64,000 nt of DNA from Octopus vulgaris. Taxonomy: Eukaryota. Where the stretch lies: positions 12,586,001 through 12,650,000 of the forward strand of contig OX597827.1 of assembly GCA_951406725.2 (NCBI GenBank), given 5' to 3'. The translations under genes and the position numbers were made by a program. Under the pieces are notes generated by a model. That model worked only from the letters and a program-made list of their open reading frames with translations, was not told the DNA's origin and did not search any database. Position 1 is the first letter of the stretch, and the number at the start of each line of letters is the position of its first letter. Of this stretch, positions 53,511 through 64,000 are shown one piece after another.

Positions 53511-54345
53511 TACGTGGTCTGATCCATAAGTATCTGGACTGCTGCTATAGTAATGGAGCTAAAGCACAGAGAATAAAGCTGCTTGTACAGGTTGACCTTG
53601 AACTTTTCTGTGTATTCACTCTAAGTTTTAATGTTCTAGATCATTTCTGCTGCTAACAGCAGTGCTTGGAAGGAAGGTGTGTAGCGTGTGATCATCACAT
53701 TGACCATGACAGAAAGTTGAGCAGAGAATCTGCATCAAGTTTTGCCAAAAGCTTGGTGATACCTGATAAGCGGCCTACACAAAATTATCAAAAAGTTTCC
53801 CTTGTTCTCGGCACAATCAAGGAGATCTTGTGCAACTGAAATCCAAGTGTTTCTTTGGTCAGCTGAAAGTAGTTTTGGCACAAACTTGGCAGATATGTGT
53901 CTCATACCCAAATCTTCAGCAATAATGGACTGAACTGAACCGTAACTGATCTACACATCCTCTGATAACTCATGGATGGTGATTTGACGATTTGCCTTCA
54001 CAGCTGCTCACAGATCTGCAATGTTTTTCTCAGTTCTGCTGATTTGACATTTTTACAGCCGTCTTGGAAATGTCTGAACCACTCGTATACCTCTCTCCAT
54101 AGACTTTCTGTAACTTTGCATAGGCCTCTGAGCAAGTATCACCATGACAACTTTCTTTGTCATGGTCAATGCAACAATCACATGCTACACACCTTCCTTC
54201 CAACAGCAGAAGTAAGCTACAATGTTAAAGTTAATGCATTTGCACAGCAGAGTTCAAGGTTAATCTTTGCCAAATGGCTTCACACTGCACACTTTAACTT
54301 CGTTACTATGGCAACAATCCGGATTCATATTGATCAGACCTCGTA
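53511..54345. mobile_element. Mariner-derived non-autonomous element made of two inverted 5' ends
   Basis: TACG(T/A)GGTCTGATC termini and ~280-bp inverted arms. Plus arm encodes EQRICIKFCQKLG; minus arm encodes YEWFRHFQDG...RQITIHELSEDV.ISYGSVQSII.EDLGMRHISAKFVPKLL. Confidence 0.88.
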
Positions 54346-54400
54346 TGTATGTATATATCAAAACAGGAGATGGGAAAAAAGTTTTAGTATTATTTATCTA

Positions 54401-54601
54401 AACTCGATCTCTTCTTGTCAGGGGTTTCAGCTGAAACTACCTCTCGGCAGGAAACACAGATGCGGGCAGCGGCGTCAAACTCCCTTGTTGACCCAAGTGC
54501 CACGTATCAGAGGTGGTTTCACATACTAGTGTAGCACAGTCAACGGTGGTGCTCCAGCATGGCCGCAGCTTTCGGGCTGAAACATTTTTAAGGATTTAAG
54601 G
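54401..54601 (+). mobile_element. 3' end of a CR1/L2-group LINE
   Basis: KLDLFLSGV...RAAASNSLVD C-terminal motif (recall), (TTTAAGGA)n tail, flanking ATTTATCTA direct repeat at 54392-54400 and 54602-54610. Confidence 0.7.
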
Positions 54602-54747
54602 ATTTATCTATTCACCATTACAAATGTTTCATTTACCAAGGTGTACATATAGAATAAACAGGTAGAGCATCTATTAAAATTTCACCAGACAGGGATTCAA
54701 ATAATATGATGTGCTCAAGGACACAACTATATATACATATATATATA

Positions 54748-55325
54748 GTCGGCGAGCTGGCAGAAACGTTAGCACGCCGGGCGAAATGCTTAGCAGTATT
54801 TCATCTGCCATTACGTTCTGAGTTCAAATTCCACCGAGGTAGACTTTGCCTTTCATCCTTTCGGGATCGATAAATAAAGTACCAGTTTCGCACTGGGGTC
54901 GGTGTAATTGACTTACACCCTTTGTCTGTCCTTGTTTGTCCCCTCTATGTTTAGCCCCTTGTGGGCAATAAAGAAATATATAATAATGCTTTTTAAGAGG
55001 TCGACTTTGCCTTTCATCCTTTCGGGGTCGATAAATTAAGTACCTGTTACGCACTGGGATCGATGTAATCGACTTAATACCTATGTCTGTCCTTGTTTGT
55101 CCCCTCTATGTTTAGCCACTTGTGGGTAATAAAGAAATAGGTATTTCGTCTGCCGTTACGTTCTGAGTTCAAATTCCACCGAGGTAGACTTTGCCTTTCA
55201 TCCTTTCGGGGTCGATAAATAAAGTACCAGTTTCGCACTTGGGTCGGTGTAATCGACTTAATCCCTTTGTCTGTCCTTGTTTGTCCCCTCTATATTTAGC
55301 CCCTTGTGGGTAGTAAAGAAATATA
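54748..55325 (+). mobile_element. SINE B1 triplet (one full copy plus two 5'-truncated tandem copies)
   Basis: 54748-54978, 54997-55139 and 55140-55324. Confidence 0.92.
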
Positions 55326-55815
55326 TATACATATATATATGTGTGGTTCATATAATCAATTGGCTTAAAGTTTTACACACTAGGCCACTGGTAATGGAAA
55401 TTTCTAATATTTCTGATTACCCTTTGATATTATTATTATATATGCCAGGCCGAGGGTGCTGCCCCTCCACATTTGGTCGATGATTTACCTTCCCCTGGGG
55501 TGGATAATGGGCCATTTCCACTCCAGGTACATAAGTGGTCCTCTGATTTGACTAAAACCTGGATATGGAAGGGATTTTCTATTATTCAACATTTCTCACC
55601 TGATCTAATATGTTATACCCCTTGGATGAAGTCCTCACTCTTTGTGGGGTTTTTTTTTTTTTTTTGAGGACTGAGAGGCTGGTTTATTAGGGACCCCTCA
55701 ATTTTTTTTTTTACCTATTTGTCTTTTTAAAATTTTTTTTTATTACGAGGGAGGTAGCATGGTTATTGTGCCTCAATTCGGTAGAGAATTTAATACGACC
55801 AAAATTGTCCTAATT

Positions 55816-56240
55816 TTATCTCTTACTTGTTTCAATCACTGGAGTGCAGCGATGCTGGGGTACCACCTTGAGGGGGTTTAGTTGAACAAACTAACCCCAG
55901 TACTTATTTAGTTCCAGTGTGGCACTTATTTTGTCAGTCACTTTGGTTGAACTGCTAAGAAGTGGGAGCGTAAACAAACCAACACTGGATGTCAAGCAGT
56001 GGTTTGGGACGAACACATACACAAAGCTACACTCACACACACACACACACATACACACACACATACACACACATACACATGCACACTCTTCCAGTTACTG
56101 TCTACCAATTCCACTACTCACAAGGCTTTGGTCATCCTGAGGCTATGGTAGAAGACACTTGCATAAGGTGCCACACAGTGGGACTGAACCCAGAACCATG
56201 TGGCTCTGAAGCAAACTTCTTACCATACAGTCATACCTCC
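55816..56240 (-). mobile_element. SINE family A, degenerate
   Basis: Homology to family A. Confidence 0.75.
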
Positions 56241-56312
56241 ATCTATATGCAAACATACATACATACATACATTCATAAATACATACATACATACATATAT
56301 ATATAAAAATAG

Positions 56313-56599
56313 TGCCACTGGACTGGCACCTGTGCAGTTGGCATGTAAAATACACTATTCGAGCGAGGTCGCTGCCAGTACCGCTTAACTGGCCCCCATG
56401 TTGGTGGCATGTAAAAGCACCCACTACACTCTCAGAGTGATTGGCATTAGGAAGGGCATCCAGCCATAGAAACTCTGCCAGATCAAGATTGGAGCCTGGT
56501 GCAGCCATCTGGTTCGCCAGTCCTCAGTCAAATCGTCCAGCACATGCTAGCATGGAAAGCAGACGTTAAACGATGATGATAATGGTTATGATGATGATG

Positions 56600-56600
<1 letters not shown>
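56313..56600 (+). mobile_element. Family G retroposon, 3' part
   Basis: Homologous to about 49140-49402. Confidence 0.85.
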
Positions 56601-56630
<30 letters not shown>

Positions 56631-56636
56631 CATATG

Positions 56637-56684
<48 letters not shown>

Positions 56685-56715
56685 ATATATACATATATAT
56701 ATATATGTGTGTGTA

Positions 56716-56765
<50 letters not shown>

Positions 56766-56852
56766 TATATATACATATATATATATGTGTATATATATAT
56801 ATAATAATAATATTAGGGAATAAATCCAAACTTACTATATATATATATGTAT

Positions 56853-56885
<33 letters not shown>

Positions 56886-56886
56886 C

Positions 56887-56919
<33 letters not shown>

Positions 56920-57815
56920 CATGTGTGTATGCTTGTATGTATCTATGTGTGTATGTATGTATACACACAAACACACACACATGCATATAGCTGTGTGTGT
57001 GTTTAACTAATATAGTAATGGATATAGATAGGTAGTTGTGTACGCATTTGTGATGATGAAAGTCTCACTTCATAGCATGTTTATATATTTCAATGCCTCG
57101 TACTGTACTCTAGTGTATTATAACATTGTCTTTTAAACTGCTTTTATTACAAATAAAATAATCATCAGCATGATCATCAATATCCTAATTATTATCACCA
57201 TCATGCTTGATTTTGCATACTGACTGGGATTATTGCATATCTCCTTGACAACTTCTCTCAATCTCGTCATCAATTTCTTTTAAAAAAATAAATAAATAAA
57301 TAAGTAAATAAGTAAATAAAATAAAGTAAAATAAAATAAAATGATATAAAATGAAATGAAATGAAAACAAACGTTTTATGGTATTGTTGTTGTTTTGATT
57401 TTTTTTGATTTTTTTTTTCTTCTGTTATCCATTGATAAACCATCAATAATCTTCTAAACTTACCTCCCTCCCTCTCTCCTTTCTCTCCAAGCCAACCTGC
57501 CAGCCGGCCAGCCGGCCAGCCAGCCAGCCAATTCGCCAAACTCACAAACGCTCAACAATAAGAACAGAAGCTAACAGAGGCAATAAAATTTTTTTTAAAT
57601 ATAAAAATCAAAAACAAGGACAACAAGAAACAAGAACAAAATAAAAAAAAATTTTAAAAAAAGACAAACAAACAAACAAACGAAAAACAAAATCAGAACA
57701 CATGGGAAACCAAATGAAGAAAAAGAAGAGGGTTTTCCGATATCGTTAACAATAAAAAAAAAAAAAAAAAAAAATTGCTTGTCTAAAAGTGTAGGAAAGC
57801 AGGGAAGTATGTGTG

Positions 57816-57912
<97 letters not shown>

Positions 57913-58256
57913 CAGTTAATGGTATTTTTCACAATTATTTATCGTTGGTTGGCTTTTGATTGGAATTCCTTTGATTTTTGAGATGGAGAAACTCTGATAA
58001 GGTAGTGTGCTGCCATTGGTTACTCACTCGAGTTTGGACAAACGATAGAAACTGGAAATGAGAATTCATATTATATACATATATATATATATATGTATCT
58101 GTATACATAAATATATATGCGTGTGTGTGTGTGTGTGTATGTATATATGTATATATGTATGTGTATATATGTCCATACAAACATACATATGTATTATTTT
58201 CCTTTATTTCACTTCTCTGCTTGTCGTTTGCATTGCTTTCTTTCTATTTTTTTGTT

Positions 58257-58370
58257 CATTATTATCATCATCATCATCATCATCCTCATCATCATTATCA
58301 TCGTCATCGTCTTTTTTTTGTTATTATCATTGTCATCGTCGTCATCATCATCATCACCACCACCACCACC

Positions 58371-58404
<34 letters not shown>

Positions 58405-58427
58405 TCACCACCACCACCACCACCACC

Positions 58428-58461
<34 letters not shown>

Positions 58462-59154
58462 CCACCACCACCACCACCACCACCACCACCACCACCACCA
58501 CCATCATCATCATCATCGTCATCATCGTCATCGTCATCGTCTTTTTTGTTATTATCATTGTCATCGTCATCATCATCATCATCATCAACATCATCATCAT
58601 CATCATCATCCTCATCATCGTCATCGTCTTTTTTGTTATTATCATTGTCGTCGTCGTCATCATCATCATCAACAACATCATCAACATCATGGTCATCGTC
58701 TTGATCAGTAGTAGCAGCTATTGTCAAGGTTGTTATCATTGTTATCGTTGCCATCATTCGCTATCGCTGTCATCATTTTTATCGTACTCGTTATCATCAT
58801 GATCAAAAAAAAAATAAGAGAAGATCCAATTGCTGCAATTGCGATGAAACCTGCATTGGTGCCATTAATATCTGCCACCATCATCTTCACCGCCACTGCC
58901 ACCATCATCTTCATCGCAAGGAACACCATCTCCACCACCAACAACCATCATCATCGTCATCATCATTAACATCCTAATCATAATCTCTCCTCCTTATCGT
59001 CATCATCATCATCATCACCATCACCATTATCATCATCAACATCATCATCATCGTTGTCATCGTCATCATCACCACCACCACCATCATCATCACCATCATC
59101 ATCATCATCATCACCACCATCATCATCATCACCACCACCACCACCACCACCACC

Positions 59155-59185
<31 letters not shown>

Positions 59186-59370
59186 CCACCATCATCATCA
59201 TCACCACCACCACCACCACCACCACCACCACCACCACCACCACCCACCATCATCATCCTCACCATCACCATTATCATCATCAACATCATCATCATCGTTG
59301 TCATCGTCATCATCACCACCATCATCATTATCGTCATCATCATCATCACCACCACCACCATCATCATCAC

Positions 59371-59408
<38 letters not shown>

Positions 59409-59452
59409 CCACCACCACCACCACCACCACCACCACCACCACCACCACCACC

Positions 59453-59500
<48 letters not shown>
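58257..59500. repeat. (CAT)n/(CAC)n compound arrays with higher-order duplications
   Basis: CATCGTCTTTTTTGTTATTATCATTGTC occurs three times; the block at about 59017 is repeated at about 59260. Confidence 0.9.
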
Positions 59501-59501
<1 letters not shown>

Positions 59502-59650
59502 CTTTTATCATTATCACGAGTGCCATTAACATAAACAATATCAAATTTCCCATTAACATTGTTTGAAATTTTAATTTGTTTCTTCATTGTACAAACAAAT
59601 AAACCTCATTTCATGTATGCATAGGTTTATATATGTATATATATATGTGT

Positions 59651-59688
<38 letters not shown>

Positions 59689-60131
59689 ACGTGCATATAA
59701 TATGCATGCACACACAGACACACACTCAAGCTCAGGCAAACGCATGCCTATATATTCTGCTGCCTGCATGTATAAAACTATTATGTGCATATATGTATAT
59801 ATGTGCACATATGTGAGTGTGTGTGTGTGCCTGTGTATATGATTGTGTACATCTGTTTGTGTATTGTGGGGTGGGATGTACCCGCCACAATCATTCTTAA
59901 ATCACTTTGCGTTGGGAGGATTCTGTAATTTATTTCCTCTTATTTAACCTTGAGAGGAAGGGGCAGAACCCACAGTCTTGAACTCATAGTAGGTCAATTT
60001 CCGCACAATAATATTAATAAGAAGATCATTGAAAAGATTTAGCTTTTGATGAAAGAAATATTCAGATGATTTCTTCTGTAATTTCATGGTGAATATATTT
60101 TTCTTTAAATATTCTAGCTTTTATTCCTATT

Positions 60132-60209
<78 letters not shown>

Positions 60210-60210
60210 G

Positions 60211-60257
<47 letters not shown>

Positions 60258-60324
60258 CGTATATATATATAAGTATTTATACACATATGTATATGCACAC
60301 ATATACGTAATATATATATATTCT

Positions 60325-60639
60325 ATTACTCACTTCAGTCACTTGACTTTGTAAGCATGGTACTTACTCTATCGTTCCAGTTTGCCAAACCGCTGTTATG
60401 AACACACCAGCATCAGTTGTCAAATGATAGTGGGGGACAAACACAGACACGCAAACACACACACACACACACACTCACACACACACAGAGAGCTTCCATC
60501 TACCAAATCCACTCACAAGGCTTTGGTCAGCCTGAGGCAATAGTAGAATACACTTGTCCAAGGTGCGATGCAGTGGGGCTGAATCTGGAACCATATGGTT
60601 GGTAAGCAAGCTATTTACCACACAGCCACTCCTGCACCT
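60325..60639 (-). mobile_element. SINE family A, internally deleted
   Basis: Homology to family A. Confidence 0.75.
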
Positions 60640-60785
60640 ATGTATGTATGTATGTATGTATGTATGTATGTATGTATGCAAAGTTAATCCAAACATGAAA
60701 ACACAAAGAGAAAATACAACGACGCAAGGACGTGGAACAAGTATAGTGTTATTGGACGCTCAGGAAAGGAAAGAAAGAAGGAGGA

Positions 60786-60818
60786 TTTAACGTTTCGAGC
60801 GGAGCTCTTCGTCAGAAA
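60786..60818 (-). ncRNA. Minimal type I hammerhead ribozyme motif with intact core, in a Penelope-like fragment (about 60680-60875)
   Basis: Minus strand TTT-CTGACGA-A-GAGC-TCC-GCTC-GAAA-CGTT-AAA. Confidence 0.7.
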
Positions 60819-62601
60819 CATAGGAAAAGGGAAGACGGAGGAAAAAAATCGTTAATGGTACACACGTGGTCACATATGTATGTATGTACTTAATGATTCT
60901 CTCAATATTAGTTTGATTACTTAGCATGGTGATGTCTTTGCTTCACTGATGAGCTCAAATAATCTAAAACATTACCAGAGTTGATTCCAGTACTTTCTGA
61001 AATTATGAGAATAATATTAATCATTAATACCACGTCTTTTCCACGCCACATAATTACATTTAATTGGATTAGTCATGTTGCTGCATTAAATATGTTAACA
61101 CAAACTTACTTATAGAATTTAATTTTTCTCTCTTCAGATTTTCAGTTCCCAGATTAACTGAACCATTTCTTCGCCCAAAATATAGTATATACTCAGAAGT
61201 AGCATTGCAAAGGTTCTCAACATCCAGAAACAAAGGTCTTTTTGCACCCATTCCTTTTAATTAACAAGCGTAATAAGCAGATAATAAGCCCTTAAACTAA
61301 TTGTTTCCATCACCCACGCTATTCCACACCTCTGGAGGAATAGTTTGGATTTTACATCAAGTAGCTATTTCTTCCAAATTTATGAAAATGATTAAAATAA
61401 TATTACTTATATGGGCAAACATGGTTGAGTTGTTAGAGGTTTGCTTCCCAAGCACATGGTTCTAGGTTCAGTCCTGCTGCAAGTCACTTTGGGCATGTGC
61501 CTTCTACTATAGCCTCGGGCTGACCAAAGCTTTGTGAGTGTGACATGTTGGTTAAGTGTCTTCTTCTATAGCTCCGGCTCAACTGAAGCATTGTGAATAA
61601 ATTTGATAGATAGAAACCGAAAGAGGCCCATCATATAATATATATATATATATACACACACATACACACACACATACATATATACATATATATACACACA
61701 TATATGTACATACATATATATATGTGTGTATATGTATATGTGTATATATAGATATATATATATATATATATATATGTAAAAATATCGTGTACATTAAGAC
61801 ACATTAAGAGGCTTCCAAACAGGAAAGCCTTGTGCTAGAAAGAGCAGTAGAAAACTCAAACCAGTAACTAGGGATAAATTCTTGAACGGATTGAACATTA
61901 AAAACGTTTACCATCTAATTTAGTTCCTAGACCATGATTTCTAACTCATTCCAGTAAAAAAATAGTTACTGAGGTTAGTTTTCCTCAGTAGGGAGCCTTT
62001 AGGTTTCAAATATACACACCACTTGATTCACATGTAAATTAGCTGTTTGTATATCCTAACTTTTCAAAACTACTGCGGTGACGCAGTTTATTTCCGGTGA
62101 CACAGGTTTACAGTATTTCAAGAAGAAAAAAAGACTATGCGATGGGTCTGCTACATCTGAGCTAAACAAAACCATGACAAACATACTTCACATTAAAATA
62201 TTATCTACTAAATAATACTAATTAAGTTGAAGGTATATGTTCAAAGTTTTATTTCTTGGTAAAACTCCATGTATTTTAAACATTTTCTCATTATGCTCTA
62301 AGACAAAGATTGTTCAGGCAGAGTTACCTCCCTTAGCAAAAGACTTCAAAATTCTGCAACCCAACCTCGTTTATGAGGTTATTTTTGTAGTAAAAAAGAG
62401 TTGTTGTGCAAAAAACACTTTATTTGGTAGCTGAAAGATTACTGAATCTTTAGATATCTCATACGATGAAATTGGCAACTGAGTTTTCGAATTCATAAGG
62501 AACATACACACATGCACACATACACACACACACAAACACACACACACGCATGCATGCACATGCACACATAAACTTTGTTTTATATATATCCATATATATA
62601 A

Positions 62602-62762
62602 TGGGCTTCTTTCAGTTTCCATCTACCAAATCCACTCACAAGGCTTTGGTCGGCCCAAGGCTGTTGTAGAAGACGCTTCCCCAAGGTGTCACACAGTGGG
62701 ACTGAACCCAGAACCAGGTGGTTGGGAAGCAAGCATCCTACCACACAGCTAAGCGTGTGCCT
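62602..62762 (-). mobile_element. SINE family A, 5' half
   Basis: Homology to family A. Confidence 0.8.
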
Positions 62763-63822
62763 TTTGATCATAAGTCAAAAGCCATGTACACTAGACCATG
62801 TGCTTTTACAGAGCTTATTCATATATCTAAGATTTCTCTGTTCAATGTGTCAGCATACTGATACATTAAGATATTAGGGTGTCAGTTGAGGGAGACTTGG
62901 CTGCTATTTCTAACAGATAAAATAACCATATAGAGCCAGTGATTGATTGACTCTACTAAACCCAGACAAAAATTGAATGTATCTGGTTAAGAGAAATTGG
63001 TTTTCTTACATGCAATTATGCATTTAGAATGCTTTGACAGAAAATATTGAAATTTACCCACTTTTGATAGCATGGTATCAATCCTTCATCTTTTATATCT
63101 CTGAATATATTAGGGGAAAAAATTGTATTCTGCAAAGTGATGTTATAAGCGTTCTGGTGATCCTAACAGTTGTCTATAGTTAAAGTCTTCCGCCACCAAA
63201 ACTCATCCGATGATAATAACAACTTAATACATCCACTGAGAGAGGAAGCCTGAGGCTTGTACAAGGAAGATAGCTCTTTGTTTCATATATGGTATTTACT
63301 TGGGAAAAATGCATCATGGTCACAAGTGACGCTTAAAACTAGTTCGGATTGCATTGAAATTATGTTGGTCTGATGGCAATCTGAAATACTATATTATCCA
63401 GCATGGAGACCTGATGCCTATGTAGGAAAATCAAATAGGTTTCCTCTGATTGGAATCAAATATATGTTTTCCCATCATTTTTAGAGATGTGGCTGTAAAT
63501 ACCTCAGTAATAGTCAGTCTTTTTACTTGTGAGAAACTATTGTGAAAATAGGAAAATAATTGCAAAGTATTCAAAATAAAAGTACAAATAAAAGTACAAA
63601 TCACAATTGTCATCATATAGATTTGACTTTTATTAATAAAGAAAAATACATGTCCCCTGCTATTTTTTATTTTTATTTTAATTTTTATTTTATCTAGTTT
63701 CAGCTCATGAGCTGTGGCCATGCTGGGGCACCGCCATAAGCTCAGTCCAAGCAAAACCTTGTGAGTGGATTTGGTAGACAGAAACTGAAAGTATGTGTGT
63801 GTCTGTCTTTGGTTTATGTGTG

Positions 63823-64000
63823 TGTGAAGGCCTGTGGCTTAGTGCTTAGAGTGTTTAGCTCATGATCATAAGGCCGTGAGTTCAATTCCCAGCAACACAT
63901 CGCATCCTTGAGCAAGACACTTTATTTCACATTGCTCCAGTGCACTTAGCTGGCCAAAAATGAGTAGTACCTGTATTTCAAAGGGCCAGCCTTGTCACAC
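63823..64000 (+). mobile_element. SINE family E (runs off the end of the window)
   Basis: tRNA-like head, CCTTGAGCAAGACACTTTATTTCAC body, then GTACCTGTATTTCAAAGGGCC as in the C tail. Confidence 0.8.

Noticed and set aside
53972-54529. 185-aa plus-strand ORF
   Set aside because: It is antisense to the mariner transposase remnant and crosses into an unrelated LINE end out of frame.
57466-57571. Minus-strand exon ending GAG|GTAAGT
   Set aside because: The body is mostly (GGCT)n and GA simple repeat, so the splice-like signals are plausibly chance.
60944-60972. CTGATGAGCTCAAATAATCTAAAAC as another hammerhead
   Set aside because: There is no complementary stem II and no GAAA.
61138-61264. Plus-strand terminal exon (strong acceptor plus 41 open codons, FSVPRLTEPFLRPKYS...)
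   Set aside because: An open frame of this length can arise by chance; I see no recognisable homology and no upstream partner exon.

Overview
This is AT-rich eukaryotic non-coding DNA (intronic or intergenic) packed with microsatellites and transposon relics. The repeat landscape looks like an octopus (coleoid cephalopod) genome; that is recognition from memory, not a database hit. No intact host gene is supported, and nearly all listed ORFs are translations of simple repeats or SINEs. The window contains: (1) at least six lineages of 5'-truncated R4/Dong-like non-LTR retrotransposons with a restriction-like endonuclease (RLE), all lodged in (TAA)n tracts with the same polarity, plus a ~530-bp non-coding element that uses the same target; (2) several tRNA-headed SINE families built from swappable body and tail modules, two of which have their putative partner LINE 3' ends (CR1/L2-like and Tx1/L1-like) inside the window; (3) three minimal hammerhead-ribozyme motifs in Penelope-like fragments; (4) mariner-type, piggyBac-type and fold-back MITEs; (5) an inverted duplication that preserves a pre-insertion allele; and (6) weak candidate minus-strand exons. 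Family letters (A-G, R-a to R-f) are my own labels.
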